Positions 26,866-40,728 of a stretch of 64,000 nucleotides of DNA are shown here, piece after piece (position 1 is the stretch's first letter; each line of letters begins with the position of its first letter). Below the pieces are notes generated by a model. That model was not told the DNA's origin and searched no databases. It saw only the letters and a program-made list of their open reading frames with translations. Source of the stretch: Lama glama (taxonomy: Eukaryota); NCBI GenBank assembly GCA_028534125.1, contig CM052817.1, forward strand, positions 66,776,001-66,840,000. Direction: 5' to 3'. The position numbers and the translations under genes were made by a program.

Positions 26866-27639
26866 ATCTTAATACTTTCATGGACATACTTGAGTTCCAC
26901 TGCCACTTTCACTCTGTTCTGCCTACCAAAGCTGGCTGCAATTTTGTTTCCCTAAAGCTCTCGTTTTCCCAAAGTTCTACTTGTGGATAACAGGTTAAAG
27001 AGATAATTTACACAACTCCAGCTAGAACAGTGTCTGCAACATATGGTTGCTTGATACATGGTAACCTCACTCCCATTACTGTTGCAGCACACTCTCATTG
27101 GGTTGCTTTTCCACAGATTCTGTCCTTTGGTGCTGTAATTCCTCTATTTGCATTCTCTTGTGGAAGTCTGAATCTCAGTGTATAAATTCACCCTGTTATG
27201 TAACTCAAATGACCAAATAGTCATTGATTACAGTTGATTATAGTTAGTTATAAAGTGGAACATGATGGAAGCCAGACTGAGCAGAACTGTGGTTGGAGAA
27301 ATAAAATGGATTATACCAGTTGAATCTTGAGGCAGCTGAAGGATTATTCAGTACATTAATCCAAAGAGAGTGGCAAGCTCAACTGAGATCTGGACATTTG
27401 TTCTAAGCATGAGGATTAATATGCAGCCATAGCTGATTCCCCAAATCAAGTAGGCATTGAAGTTTTGAGCCAATACTATACTCAACAGAACCCTAGACTG
27501 TGATAGCCAACATAGAAACTGCTTATGGGATATCCCTCTCTATTCCATGTGACTGACAGTTATTGAGAGGAAATATGGCCTTGGACACCCAAAAAGGCAA
27601 GAAGAGTTCAAGGAAAAGGTCATTCCTAATAAGGCATGA

Positions 27640-27890
27640 CAAAATGGTTAGGAGCGTGGTCCGTGGGGCCAGATTCTGGGTTCAAATCTTAGTTGTACTA
27701 CTTATAGTGACTTTGGGAAACTTGTTTAACTTCTCTCTGATTAAATATCCTCGTCTGTGAGATAGAGGTGGTAATGTTACCTACTTCATAACGTTGTGGC
27801 AAAAATTTAATAGATTAATAAGTATTAAGTGCTGTGAAAAATGCCCTGCATATAGTTGACACTCAACAAATATTTGCTATATTATTATTA
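27640..27890 (+). mobile_element. MIR SINE
   Basis: TGGTTAGGAGCGTGG..CTGGGTTCAAATC..CCTCGTCTGTGA..ACCTACTTCATA. Confidence 0.85.
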
Positions 27891-28065
27891 CTTCCACTAG
27901 GTAGGGAAACCAAGATAAATAAGAGTCCCAAAGATGGGTTCAGTAGATTCTTTAGGTGAAAGAAGAAGAAAATTCAGGAGAAATTTGCAGCCTGAAAAAC
28001 AACTTAAGAGGACTTACATGGCACAGTGACAATCACATTAAGTTAGTGGGGCTGAGGTTGTTGTA

Positions 28066-29046
28066 CAGTTGACCTTTGAGCAACATGGGTTTGAACTTAA
28101 TGGGTCCATTTATACACATTTTTTTCCGATAAATATATTGGAGATTTGTGACAATTTGAAAAAACTTGTAGTCAAATCATATAGCCTGGAAGTATTGAAC
28201 AAATTGAGAAAATGTTAGGTATCATGAATGTATAAACTATAGGTACACATATGTAATCTCTCATTACATAGGCATAAGGTGAGTGATATTTAATATAAAA
28301 TTAATAATGTGTTAGTTTTCTTACTGTTTTATAACTTTGCTTTAAAATTACATTGCTGTATAGTATGCCTCACTCATAATTGGGGAAACTCCATTATCAG
28401 CCTATTATCATATTTTAAAAAGTAACAATATTTCCAATACTGTATTATGAATATGACTGTAATACTCTATGCCGTAAAATTTGTAAAACCATTCATTTGT
28501 TAGCGTATTCGCCAGGCCACCCTGAAGCAATAGTATCAGTAGCCCTAGGCTACCATAAACAATCTGTATTGCTGCTTTTTCATTATCAATGCATGCAAGA
28601 TTCCTCATACCTGTAAATACATATAAATTTTTCTCTTCATATTATCTTTTCATTTTTGAAGTCTAGTGTTAGTAATACGTATAACATCTACAGTGCTTTG
28701 TATCATATGAGATAATATTGATGTTGGTACTGACAGGAAGACTATTCATCTTGTAAACAGACTTTGTAAACTTATGGTATTGATAAATACAATACAATAC
28801 TGTAAATGTCTTTTCTCCTCATGATTTTCTTAACAACATTTTCTTTTCTCTAGCTTACTTAATTGTAGGAATACAGTATATAATACATATAACATACAAA
28901 ATATGTATTAACTGACTCTGTTATTGATAAGGCTTCTGTCAACAAGAGGCTATTAGTAAAGTTTATGGGGAGTCAAAAGTTACATGTGGATTTTCGCTGC
29001 ACAGGGGTTAGTGCTTCTGACCCCCGTGTTGTTCAAAGTTCAACTG
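28066..29046. mobile_element. Tigger2-family non-autonomous TcMar transposon, 981 bp, both TIRs present
   Basis: Left TIR CAGTTGACCTTTGAGCAACATGGG; right TIR CCCGTGTTGTTCAAAGTTCAACTG; TA at 28064-65 and 29047-48. Confidence 0.93.
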
Positions 29047-30469
29047 TACATCTATTCCTGAGTTAGGACTGGCTGAGGAACAGGGTAGATATGATTCAGC
29101 AGACAGACTGTAGTGATGCTCCCTGGAGAGGCTGAAGAAGGCAGGAGTTTGTACCTTGCAGTATTCTTGCTACCATCCTGCAGACTCTTCCAGGGAGCCA
29201 AGGAAACACTTTTGTCCATTCTGTGACTTCAAATCACACGTAATCTCATGCAACCTTCTTTAGTTCTACTTTAAGTTAATCTGCAGGATCAGTCAGCTCC
29301 TTTGAATTATTATAAACCTAAATTTAAAAGAAGAGAAAACATTTTACTTAGATGGATTCATAGTATTTTGTTTCTTGGGAGTATTTTTGGATTTTGCAAC
29401 AAGTGAACATTATGTTCTACATAAAAGGGCAATGCTGAACAGTCTAAATTAGGTAATGCTAAGTAAACAGCTTTTGTACAGTCTCAATACAGATATAATA
29501 TGTAAATTTCAGAAAATTTTTATTATTATGAATATAGTTGAGATTCTAGTGTTTATGAACCACCATTGATGATATCATTAAGGTACAGCATTACTTTTTC
29601 AGGTGGTTTCACTATAAAAAGTGTTTAAGTTACATTATAAGTTGGAAAATGTTGTCATACACATTGTTAAAAAAGTCTAATATTTTCAGATGTCACAGGA
29701 GAACTGGAACTGTAATATCAAGCATTCCACATTTTAGATTTAATTTTGTAGTTCTTTGTAACATTTGCTTTGCTAATCTTTGCTATTTATCTCCTTTTTT
29801 AAAAAATTTGCTTTGGGTAAAACTTAAAAAATATCTTTTATTTTGTATAAAATCCATAGTTTGCCTTTGAGACACAGAATTTCTTCTTTGGCTTCTCTGT
29901 TCTATATATGTATCAGATCACTGAGGTTTTCAAGCCTGAATTGTACATAGAATAAATTTATCTGAAATAAATTTATTGGATCAAGTCAGCTAATATGGTC
30001 CAATGGTGTGATTTACACTTTCACATATACATCACTGTATTTCTAATGATCTGAATGTCTAACACAGATACCTAATAAAGTATAAAGAAAATTTTAGATT
30101 CCTTACTCATTTAAGGCTTCTTTCCTTTCTTGCACTAGTGTGCCCATACTCTAACACAAGTTATGTATGTTTTTTCAGAAAAATTTTAAGAAGAAGCTTG
30201 AATATTTTGGGCTACAGATTGTAATTTCCTCAGGAAGTACTATCCTCACAGGCATCTCAAATATTTTTGAGTTATGACTGTAATATTGATTTATAATATT
30301 TAAGTAATGATAAAATATTTTCAAATATCTATGTTGGCATTTTGAAAATTATCCTATTCTTTGGCACCTATACATAGATTTTTCAGGGGAGAATACTTTA
30401 TTGAAAAATCTTTTCACTTTTAAAGTTCAAATATTATTACATAATATTATATTTGCATAATACTATATT

Positions 30470-30700
30470 TGAAGCCACAATGCCTAGATTAGAATTTGAG
30501 CTCCACCACTGGTGTGATCCATCTTGGGAGTGTTACTTCATCTTTCTAAACTTCAGTTTTATATTGTAAAGTGAGTGTAATAATAGTACTTATTTCACAA
30601 TATTGTTTTGATGATTATATGATTTAATACATGTAAGATAATTAGAATAGTGCTCAGAGCACAGTAAGGGCTACAGAATTTTTTTTTCATTATTATTATT
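30470..30700 (+). mobile_element. MIR SINE
   Basis: GCTCCACCACT..CTTCAGTTT..GTAATAATAGTACTTATTTCACA..ATTAGAATAGTGC. Confidence 0.75.
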
Positions 30701-31539
30701 TGGGAAGGCTTAGGGGAAAAGGATATGAATCATAAACCTGTGGAAGGAATTTCCTACAGAACAGTGTTACAATAATCTCCTCTAGGAAAAGGGTACTACG
30801 AGTCTCACTATGATTAGATTTAACATTGATGTACAGTGAATCAGAGAAGAATTTGCATTCATTAGGATGAGGTGGTGAGAAGAATGTTTTAGTATCTAAA
30901 TAATAACTGGTATATTAAATTCTGCTTCTTAAAAAGGCAAAATACTGGAGAAGTTATAATTCTTTGCTATTCTCATTAGTAGGTCTTAGGTAAAATAAGC
31001 CAATGAGAGCTAAGCTCCTAATTCTGCTGCAGCAGAGGGAAATGGATAGACTACTCAGGGAAGTGCCTACTCCTGATGGGCACCAGTCAGGAACGTGGGG
31101 GGAAATGTAAGATACCGGGCCCTATCAGGACTGGGACTCCTGCAGTACACAGCACCACTATGTGCTCTGAGATCTAGCTTGCCTTTGGTCACTTCCTCCA
31201 TAAGAAACAGATGTGAGTACAGGAGGAGTGACATAGGGTCCAAAAGGGGGCATTTACATTATAAACACATCTAGTTATTTCTGTCCCAACGAAGAATACA
31301 CAAAAGTTGAAATCGTCTGTTATCTTGGAGTCAGAGATGGAAGAATAGAGGGATGATGTATCCCAATTTTCTTTTTTCTTTTTAAAACACACTGTACCCA
31401 GTGTACTGCACTTCAAGGTTATTAACTGGGTTGCACCATGCTAGGGTGCTGGGGGAGTTAGACAGCCTAGTTCAGAAGTCATTTCTTCAGGTACTTTTTA
31501 TTTTGTAAAGCATGTCAAAATGTGACACACGTTTGTCTC

Positions 31540-33258
31540 GAACAGGTATCTCAAAACCTACTCATATGCCCTACCCACCAAAATATTTCCTTTGTTCTTG
31601 ATTGATATTATCACTATCCATCCATCCACTTTGAAGGCTGTAAATCTCTGAAATTCTATTCAAATTCTCTCTGCTTCATTCTCTGTATCAAATGCATAAT
31701 TCAGTCTACTATGTGCCAGACACTATTCTGGGAAGTAGGGGATGCATCAGTGAAAAGAAATTGACAGCAACAACAAAAACAATATCTGTCTACATAGTGC
31801 TTATTTCAAGTGGGAGAAGACAGATAAATTTACAAATAAATACATACTTTAACATGGTGGAATATGATTATGTATTGTTATGTTATACTATGTTATTATG
31901 ATTTGTCTCAAATTTTATTGTCGTGAATAACTCTTTAGAAGTAAAAGTAAAAAAAATCTGGAGTCGAAACTGAAAGAGTATTGAAAATGAGTAGTATCAG
32001 CATAATACACTACAGTGGACTGAAAAGGGCCAGAAAAAAACAAAAACATGATTTTGTCATTTATAGAAAAAATCTTAAGCCTTGGGAAATTTAATTACAA
32101 AAACATTTATCAGAAGCTTACTAGTTATGTAGTTGTTTTTCCCAAATATTTCTTGAGAATATCCTGGGCACTGGGACAAAATAGTAAACAAAATAATGTC
32201 CCTGCCTTTAATAGAGTTTACATTCTGGTGGAGGAGACAGATAAATAGCCACCCCTCTCGTTTCCAGACCATTCTGTTTCCTTGTTCAACCACAGATTAT
32301 TGTGTTTTAACTGGTCTCAACTTTATCATCACATTGCCACAGTTATCTTTCTAAAATAATACTCCCAATGCTTGTAATGTTGTTAATAATTACATTCCTC
32401 TGCTTGTAAGTATTTGGATACCCTATCATCTGCCATATGATTTCATTCACATTCTGGCCCCTATTTATTTTTCAGCCTTATAACCTGTGTACCATCTCCT
32501 TCCAGCTGACACTCCAGCTTTCAGCTGAAGAATTGCTCATACTTCATTAGGAAAATGAGAACAACCACTCAGAAGTGCTTTCATCTTCTTAGCTCCATAG
32601 CTGTAACCCCATCTCTGTGTGAGACTGTGTGTCATATTCTGTATCTTCCTTTAAAGCCTATAAATGGCCAGTAATTCTGCTTGTGGTACAGATCCCAGCT
32701 TCTCTCAATTTTTCAAGACCTTTTGAAGTAATTACATCATAATTTACTCCTTTTCTAGTGGATTATTTCCAACTGTATTTGGTATGCTCTAATGACATTC
32801 ACTTAAAAACTGTATTCCTTGATACCACGTTCCCCTAAATATTTTATCCATTTTTCAATACATTGTTGTCTTAACTGGCTCTCTCCATTCTTCACCCACC
32901 ATTTGCTCATCAACCCACTCCATTCTGGATTCTATTTCTTCCACTTCATGGAAGCCTCCTCCTGTCCCTTCCTTCTCTTCCCCACCTCTTTTATTTACTT
33001 TGCCAAGAATGCCAAAAACAACCAAACTGCCAAATTAAGTGGACCTTGTCTGTACTCATCTTGGTCAACTACTCTATAGCATTCGATATGATTCACCACT
33101 CATTCCTTAAAAACTTGACTCCTGAGGCTAGTTCTCTTTTTTGGTCTCCTTGTGCTGATGGCCATTCTCTTCTGTCTGAAATCACTGTTATTCACCCCTT
33201 TCAGCTGGGCAATTTCATTCAGTCGCGGTGATTTTAATGCTAATAATTTTGAAAATAA

Positions 33259-33297
<39 letters not shown>

Positions 33298-33350
33298 ATA
33301 TATGCCTGTCCACACTCTGAGTTCCAGGTTTATATATCCAACTGCTTATA
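31540..33350. mobile_element. Cluster of L2 fragments in both orientations
   Basis: CTACTATGTGCCAGACACTATTCT, CTGGTGGAGGAGACAGA, CTCATCAACCCACTCCATTCTGG, TATATCCAACTGC. Confidence 0.65.
33263..33293. repeat. (TA)n microsatellite
   Basis: Seen directly. Confidence 0.97.
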
Positions 33351-33361
33351 TATCCAGCAGC

Positions 33362-33589
33362 TCACACTCTCTATTTGTCTCTGAGCACACACTGAGGAGA
33401 GGTCATGTGAAGGCAGAGTGAGAAGGCAGCCATCTGCAAACCAGGAGGAGAGTCCAGAAACTGAATCAGTCAGAACCTTGATGTTACATTTCTACTTTCC
33501 AAAACTGTGAGAAAATAAATTTCTGTTGCCTAAATTCTAGTCTGTAGTCTAGTGGTATTTTGTTATAGCAGTCTGAGCAGACTAATACA
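33362..33589 (+). mobile_element. MLT1A-like MaLR LTR, 3' half
   Basis: AAGGCAGCCATCTGCAAACCAGGA..ACTGTGAGAAAATAAATTTCTGTTG..GACTAATACA. Confidence 0.85.
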
Positions 33590-34027
33590 CCAATATATTG
33601 GTCTGTTACAATAATGAATATATAATATCAACAATTTTTGTTATTGAATCTTAAAGTTTGCAAATTTGTCAATAGATTTATGAAAATTGATTTTCTTTGT
33701 ATATTTCTTCTTAATATACTGTGTTGCCAGATTTATCGATCTGTGTTTGCTCATAATAACTGAAGAACACTCTTTGTTCATTTTAATTTAAAAGTTTTGT
33801 CAACAAAAGCAACAAATACAAAGCTAGAAAACTACCCTGTCCAAGATTTTCTTTCTGGTCTGGAGGACTTGGGGATGACTGTTCAATCCCTTGAAAAATA
33901 TTAGCTCAACAAATTGAGTTGGGATTGTATGTTCTGCAGGGGAAGAATGCATAGGGGTAAAGGGAAGTTTTCCTGGCTTATTTCTCTTTCTTTCTTTCTA
34001 TTTTTAATTACTATGATTTATTTTCCC

Positions 34028-34085
34028 TCTTTTTATTGAAGTATAATTAGTTTACAATGTTGTGTCAATTTCTGGTGTACAGCAT
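34028..34085 (-). mobile_element. Very short L1 3' terminus
   Basis: TTTTATTGAAGTATA..TTTACAATGTTGTGTCAATTTCTGGTGTACAG matches the reverse complement of the L1 end at about 36560-36612. Confidence 0.85.
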
Positions 34086-35865
34086 CTATTTATTTAAATC
34101 ATGAGGTTGTGAAGCTCTATTTCACTCTCTTCATAATGAATTGCCTCTCTGTATTCTATAAATTATTAGTATGGAAGCATACTTACAGTTTACTTTTTGT
34201 TTCTTTACATTTATCACTTTGGAGAATGTTTCTGCTGTGAATATAATAGTTAAATTTATTTTACTTCTTATATAAATACTATAGAGGGAAATTGTTTTCA
34301 TTTTTTCCTTTCCAACCTTATTTTTATTATAAAGGAGAAGATATTTAAACTTTCCCCTCATTTTCTGTTATTTTATTTGTTAAATATACAACCTTGGTAA
34401 ACATTTGGTAATTCTGTTGCTCCCCATATCATATTACTCAAAGAAACCCTGCCTGTGAATACGAAAGAACACCAGTATCAGCCCATATTTTTCTAGCTTA
34501 ATAACTTGTCTGCTCTACTCAGCCTTCTCTATCCTACAGGGCCCCATCTGCAGTTTAACAATATTGATGATCAAGTCTACAAGGGGTGGTTTAAACTGCA
34601 AAGCAGAACCTGGAACTGAGCCAGAGAGTAGCCAATATGCTCTGAGACATCTCCACGACATAGAAAAGAATGTTTTCCGAAGAACATTTCTATTATCTTG
34701 CTGAAAGATAGTCTAGAAGCTCCTGCTCTAAGTGGTTCTGGAGGGCCATAGTAATAAGTTAGATGATTGTTAACTTGCAATAAAAATGACCTAGTTTAGG
34801 CCCTCATAGTGACTGCATGTTAGATATCAGGAAAGTGGAATATTTCTTACACTCAAAAAAGGAGACCATTTGCTCTCTGTATAATTTGTTAACTTTTTCA
34901 TCTGGAACTCCTTTCCCCCTTAATTTTTGCTGTTACCATATCACTGTGCATGGCAATATGAGTATTTGCAGTGATATCTCATCAATATAGGATGGTCCCA
35001 AACTTGAAATCATTGTTTTCAACATTTATGAATCGTGATCTGAGAAATAGTTTAGTTTTTAGAAATTTCAGTTTCTTCTTTTGTAAAATCCTCCTTCTCA
35101 GGATTGTTGTGGAGATTAAACAAGACAGTGCATGTGAAAGTATCTGACACAAAGCATCAAATAGTATGGAATTGGAAAGGCAATGTTAGGTTAGAAGAAT
35201 TCTCTAAATTTGTAGAATATCTATATTCATAGTTGTGTGATGTATTATTCTTGAATTACTTGGCATTTAAAAATCAAAGGGTAATAGCTTACATCTTTGA
35301 TAAAATAAGGAGTAGCATGTATATTTTAAACTTTAAAAGACAAATTTACATAAATCAGTTAAAGCAAGATAATTTAAATTTTAGGTGTCTCTTTAACATG
35401 GACAAAGTTATTTATTTAGTGTTAAATTTATTGAAGACATTTAGGGATAATTAATCTCAGTGACAGTTTTTATTGCTAATGAATTATCTGTAAAATATAA
35501 GAGGAAAAGAGAGGCTTGATTTGATTATATAGAATAATTAAAAACAGAATATGATAGTAATATTGGTGATTATAGTCTTAATTCTCCCCAAATAGCTGTC
35601 TCTTACCTGAAAGCATCTTTACTCTTGGTTTTATGTATTCTCTATTGTGATAGATTATTAATTGTAGAAATAAAGTAGACATTACTGACCCCCCTCCATT
35701 GGATCCATTAATATGATTTTCATAGTTTTGATTTAAAATGTTTGTAAAATTATAATAGCTACTGGTGTATGGTTATAAAATTCTTAGTAAAATAGTTTTA
35801 ATTCAATGGGATTAAGAAGTCCTTTTATCAGTTTTACATTGGCAATTAAGAAAAAAATTGCTGTG

Positions 35866-36630
35866 ATAAATACTGGAGAGGATGTGGAGAAAAAGGAACC
35901 CTCCTACACTGCTGGTGGGAATGTAGTTTGGTGCAGGAATTAGGGAAAACAATATGGTGATTCCTTAAAAAACTAAAAATGGTTTTACCATATGACCCAG
36001 CAATCCCACTCCTGGACATTAATTAACTTTAATTTAAAAAGATATGTGCACCCCAATGTTCATAGCAGCACTGTTTACAATAGCCAAGACATGAAAATAA
36101 CCTAAACATCCATTGACAAGTGACTGGTCAAAGAAGTTGTGGTATAGTCATACAATGGAGTACTACTCAGCCATAAAAAATAATAAAATAATACCGTTTG
36201 CAGCAACATGGTTGGACCTGGAGATTGTCATTCTAAGTGAAGTAAACCAGAAAGAGAAAGAAAAATATCATATCACTTATATGTGGAATCTAAAAAAAAA
36301 GACACAAATGAACTTATTTATAAAACAAAACTTACAGGCATAGAAAACAAGCTTATGGTTACGGGGGTTGGGGGAAGAGGGTAGGAAGGGATAAATTGGA
36401 GGTTTGAAATTTGCAGATACTAACTACTATATATAAAATAGAAAACAACAGGTTACTTCTGTATAGAACAGGGAACTATATTCAATATCTTGTAGTAACC
36501 TATAATGAAAAAGAATATGAAAACAAATATATGTATGTATATGTATGACTGAAACATTGCACTGTACACCAGAAATTGACACAACATTGTAAACTGACTA
36601 TACTTCAATAAAAAAATTAAAAAATAAAAA
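35866..36630 (+). mobile_element. 5'-truncated LINE-1 3' end
   Basis: WYSHTMEYYSAIKNNKIIPFAATWLDLEIVILSEVNQKEK (ORF2 end), 3' UTR, AATAAA and A tail. Confidence 0.96.
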
Positions 36631-37089
36631 TTTTGCCAATATGCCCAAACCCCTATCATTTAATCATGCAGTTTTGTTTACTGCACCTTTTAGACATCTC
36701 TCAACTCTGATTCCACTACCATGTCATTGTTTACTCTTCTCATTGATCCTTTACCTTAACTATGTAAATTGTAACTTTACTATTTTGTCTTCTTATAATC
36801 TTTCCTGCTCCAATCCCTGCTCCACAATGTAACCAGTCATTTAAGAAATGAGATCATATACATTCTTTCTTTAATACCAATTAATGGTTCCCAATATCCA
36901 GAAGAAAAAGCCGAAAGTTCCTAGCACTGTGTAAAAAAAGCCTTTACACTGTCCCCAGCTTTCATTATTGATGTGTCCCCAACACCCAGTACCTAGTGCA
37001 TGTAAGGTTCTCAGTGCATTTTCAATGACTGAATGAATGAACCTCCCATCTTAGGCTTCTGCCTCCACACCCTCTGCCCCATTCCCACA

Positions 37090-37463
37090 CTTGATGGACA
37101 TTTAGGTTGCTTCTGTGTCTTGGCTATTGTAAACAGTGCTGCTATGAACATTGGGTTACATATGTCTTTTCGAATTAGAGTTTTTGTCTTTTCTGAATAT
37201 GTGCCCAGGAGTGAGATTGCTGGATCACATGGTAACTACTTTTAATTTTTTAAGGAACTTCTGTTCTGTTTTCCATAGTGGCTGCACAAATTTACATTCC
37301 CACCAATAATGTAGGAGGTTTCTCTTTTCTCCACACCCTTTCGAAACAGCATTTATTATTTGTAGACTTTTGTGTGATGGCCATTCTGACTGGTGTGAGG
37401 TGATACCTCACTGTAGTTTTGATTTGCATTTCTCTAATAATTAGCAATGTTGAACATATTTTT
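37090..37463 (-). mobile_element. Internal LINE-1 ORF2 fragment
   Basis: GATGGACATTTAGGTTGCTTC..GGCCATTCTGACTGGTGTGAGGTGATACCTCA. Confidence 0.93.
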
Positions 37464-37758
37464 ACTTTTCTTTTTGTTCTTGTGGATATAAAGGCTACAT
37501 GTAGAACAGGTTTTAGGATTCACTTAAAAGTGAAAACTGAGGGAGCTTGATTGCTGATTAAATTTCAGGTAGTTAGCTTTTGTGACAAAAGGTTTAGAAA
37601 CTGTCAGGTTTTTACCCATTTCTACCTTTTCTGATATATTTAGTGACTATAGAACAATTGAAGTAGAGAGTGAAAATGTAGTGGTGTTTTGATAAACACC
37701 TCACTAGCAAAACACTTAGGGAAGTAAAATAATTTGAAACTTTCTTATATAACTTTGC

Positions 37759-38274
37759 AGTGGCAGGCAGAATGATGCCTACCCCCAAGTCCCGCAGTGT
37801 TCTCATCTTAATCTGTGGACTGTCAGTATGTTATGTTACACGGCAAAGGGGAGTTGATGCTACAGGTAAGAATTACACTTGGGTTGCTAATCAACTGATC
37901 TGAAAGAGGTTATCTGGATTTTATCTGGGTGAACCCAATTGTAATCACAAGGGTCCTTTAAATGTGGAAGAGGGAGACAGAAGAGTCAGTGTCAAAGTGA
38001 TGTGATGTGAGAAATACTGAACTGGTCTTTCCTGACTTTGAAGGAAGAGGGCCACAACCAAGAAATTCAGGCTGACGTCTATCAACTGGAAAAGGCAAGG
38101 AAATGGATTCTTTTCCAGATGCTCTGGAAGCCACTCCAACATCTTAATTTTTAGCTGAGTCCTATTTTTGATACATAACTTCTAGAAATGTAAGATAATA
38201 AATCTGTGTTCTTTAAAGCTGCTAAGTTCTAAGTTTGTGGTAATTTCTTATTATAGCAAAAGGAAGTCAATACA
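37759..38274 (+). mobile_element. MLT1D-like MaLR solo LTR
   Basis: GTGGCAGGCAGAATG start, GTAATCACAAGGGTCCTT, GTAAGATAATAAAT, AATACA end. Confidence 0.9.
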
Positions 38275-38656
38275 CTTGGCTAAGAGACTTTGTTTAATTC
38301 TTGGCTAAACAACTTGAATTCTTTATACCTGAAATACTGATATAAATTCATATTTTCAGAGTCTGTACGGCTGGTCTTTTTGCTTTCTGCACTAATATAA
38401 AAACATTGCTTGTATTACAGGAAACACTACCCTCTGCCCCATTAATTTTTTAATGAGAAGCATATTTTACTTTCTTCTCAATTTCTTTGAAATTTCGTAG
38501 CTAGTTCTCAGGAGTTCTTATGTTTTTCCCTTCAACTCAGAACAGAAAGTCTTGCATTGGGATTGTTCTTTGTTCCGTCTCCCCTTCTTACCTCCATTTC
38601 TACTTAGCAAAGCTTTTGCCATGTTAATGAACTAAAATGTACTGCCTCCTTTAAGA

Positions 38657-38882
38657 ATTTTTAAAATTGTGGTAAAAATATGTAACATGAGATTTACCAT
38701 CTTACCCACTTTTAAGTGTTAAAACACTGTTCATAGTGTTAACTTCATCCACGTTGTTGTGCAACCTATCTCCAGAACTCTTTTCATCCTGCAAAACTGA
38801 AACTGTATCCAGTAAACAGATCCCCTCTCCTTCCCCCTGGCCCTGACCACTGGCAGCCACCATTCTATTTTCTGACTCTGGA
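38657..38882 (-). mobile_element. Old L1 (L1MA/L1MB-like) 3' end
   Basis: AATTGTGGTAAAA..TTTACCATCTTA..CTCCAGAACTCTTTTCATC..GCAAAACTGAAAC. Confidence 0.85.
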
Positions 38883-39014
38883 GTACTGCCTTGTTTTTGA
38901 AATATTCCCCAATTACTCCAATCAGAAGAGGTGTCTTCCTCTCTGTGTAATTCTAGCAGTGGACTTCACTAGGTTCTCATGTATTGCCACATTTTAATAC
39001 ACCTTATTGTTTTC

Positions 39015-39420
39015 CTTCTGTTCTATGCACCAGATCCACTCTCCCTTCTTCAGCCCTGTCTGCATCCTAGGCAACTGACTTGTATGCACTGCCTCTATGG
39101 GCTCCTCTGTTTTCTGGCCTCCAATGGCGGCATGAGTAGGAGATTAGGAGAGGGGAAAGTGAGTGAGGTATTGGCTTCAGAGAACCCTTGCTCAGCCACA
39201 GTGGGCTGGCTGCCTCTCTCCACTGTAGGTGTCTGTCCTGTAGCCTACTACATAATCTCTCTCCTCTGCTTGCTTCCTTTGCCCCTTAGGACTGAGGTTG
39301 GTACACTGGAGGTACTGTACCATCTCTTCTGATTTTCCTACACCCCGTACAAACTTTTGTAAATAGTTCTTTGTTACCTGACTGTAGTGAGCTGTTGATT
39401 CTCTGCTGGGACCATGACTT
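39015..39420 (+). mobile_element. LTR33-like ERVL LTR
   Basis: CCAGATCCACTCTC..GGAGATTAGGAGAGGGGA..CTTTTGTAAATAGT..CTGCTGGGACC. Confidence 0.7.
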
Positions 39421-40350
39421 TTAAAGCTTTCAAGTAATGTCCTTATCATACTTGTTTTGTTCTCTGTTCCTGTCCTCGGTCTACTGTTCCTGTTTTGAAT
39501 CAGGAAGACTTGTCAATAAAGAAAGGAAAGGGTATTGAAAAAGTCCCCAAAGTAGACTCTTTCCTTGGGTAAAATACCAAATTAAAAAGATGAAGGGCTC
39601 ACAGCTGGGATTAAGCCATAGGTAATGGCATTATATTTTACCCCTCAAAGTCTTTAGAAGAATTTAGTAAATTCTGTCTATAAGAAAATGTACAACTCCT
39701 TACCATCCTCTTTTTAAAATGACTTTTCATATAGTCTATATATTTTTTTTTGATAAAATGTATTTTCTGTTTTCTAGCTATTTTCCTCAATAGAATTTTC
39801 ACAGAAAATTCTTCAAGTTTGCCTTTCAGGGAAGACGTTACTACATAAGCTTTTCTTTTCTAAGAGATGTAGTTTTCAGGAAATGACATTCTTAAGAATC
39901 ACATATTCATGTAATTTGATCATAAAATTTTATTTAGTTAAACATGACACAGAATCACTCTCTGACAACTTTTCTAAGAATTTTATGACTCTCATTTCAA
40001 ATTTCTTTTTTCTGAAAGATAATAAGCTTTCTCCAACAACGTGGTCTATCTTCCTAACAGTATTCCACTTCTGCTCTTGGACTTTCTGAAAAGGCACAAA
40101 AGACTTTCCATCAAGAACTGGTTCCTCTTTGGGCTTTGCCAATTGCAGGGCTGCCATCTCTGTTATCACCAAGAGGATCCTAAGACACTTGGGATAGAGG
40201 AAAGGTTTTCAGTTGGTTCAAAATCTTCCAGTTTCTAATTAGGATCTTCCTTGCCATTAATCCTCAACCCCTGGATGGAATCCCAGTTCCTTTTGTTCAT
40301 AAACTCTTCAGATGTTCTTCTGATTTTACTCTTGGCGGTGAGGTCAATGA

Positions 40351-40411
40351 GCCTGCCTGCCTACCTGCCTGCCTGCCTGCCTTCCCTCCTTCCTTCCTTC
40401 CTTCCTTCCTT
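40351..40411. repeat. Compound (GCCT)n(TCCT)n microsatellite
   Basis: Seen directly. Confidence 0.95.
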
Positions 40412-40616
40412 TTGAGACTTTACATGTTCTGATTTTATTCTTGGCAGTGAAGCCAATGAGGCTCATCCGTTACCCAGGACTAATGAAGCCCGATAATGAA
40501 GAGGACTGGTTAGTCATATGAGTGGCTTGACTAGGGACTGGTCAAGCAGGGGATGTACAAAGAGCAAGAGAACAGCCATCATGAGTGACCTGACCATACA
40601 TTCCACCCCTACGTAC

Positions 40617-40728
40617 CTTGTACAACCCTTACAATCTTGGTCCACAGTTCTTCTGCAATATCTCTGGGGTCAGGTATGTAGAGGTGCATTGCAATCAAGT
40701 ACCACATATGCAATACAGACACTAGAAG
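40617..40728 (-). CDS. Candidate minus-strand exon (LLVSVLHMWYLIAMHLYIPDPRDIAEELWTKIVRVVQ)
   Basis: Pyrimidine-rich acceptor CTCTTTAG (alternative AG at 40722-23), donor CAAG|GTACGT, open frame bounded by stops at both splice sites. Product not recognised. Confidence 0.25.

Noticed and set aside
30179..30277. Acceptor followed by a 32-codon frame (KNFKKKLEYFG...)
   Set aside because: No donor or homology recognised; expected by chance.
39930..40172. 80-aa minus-strand ORF (EEPVLDGKSFVPF...)
   Set aside because: No true ATG start, no family recognised, and nearby acceptors are out of phase with the 40617 donor.
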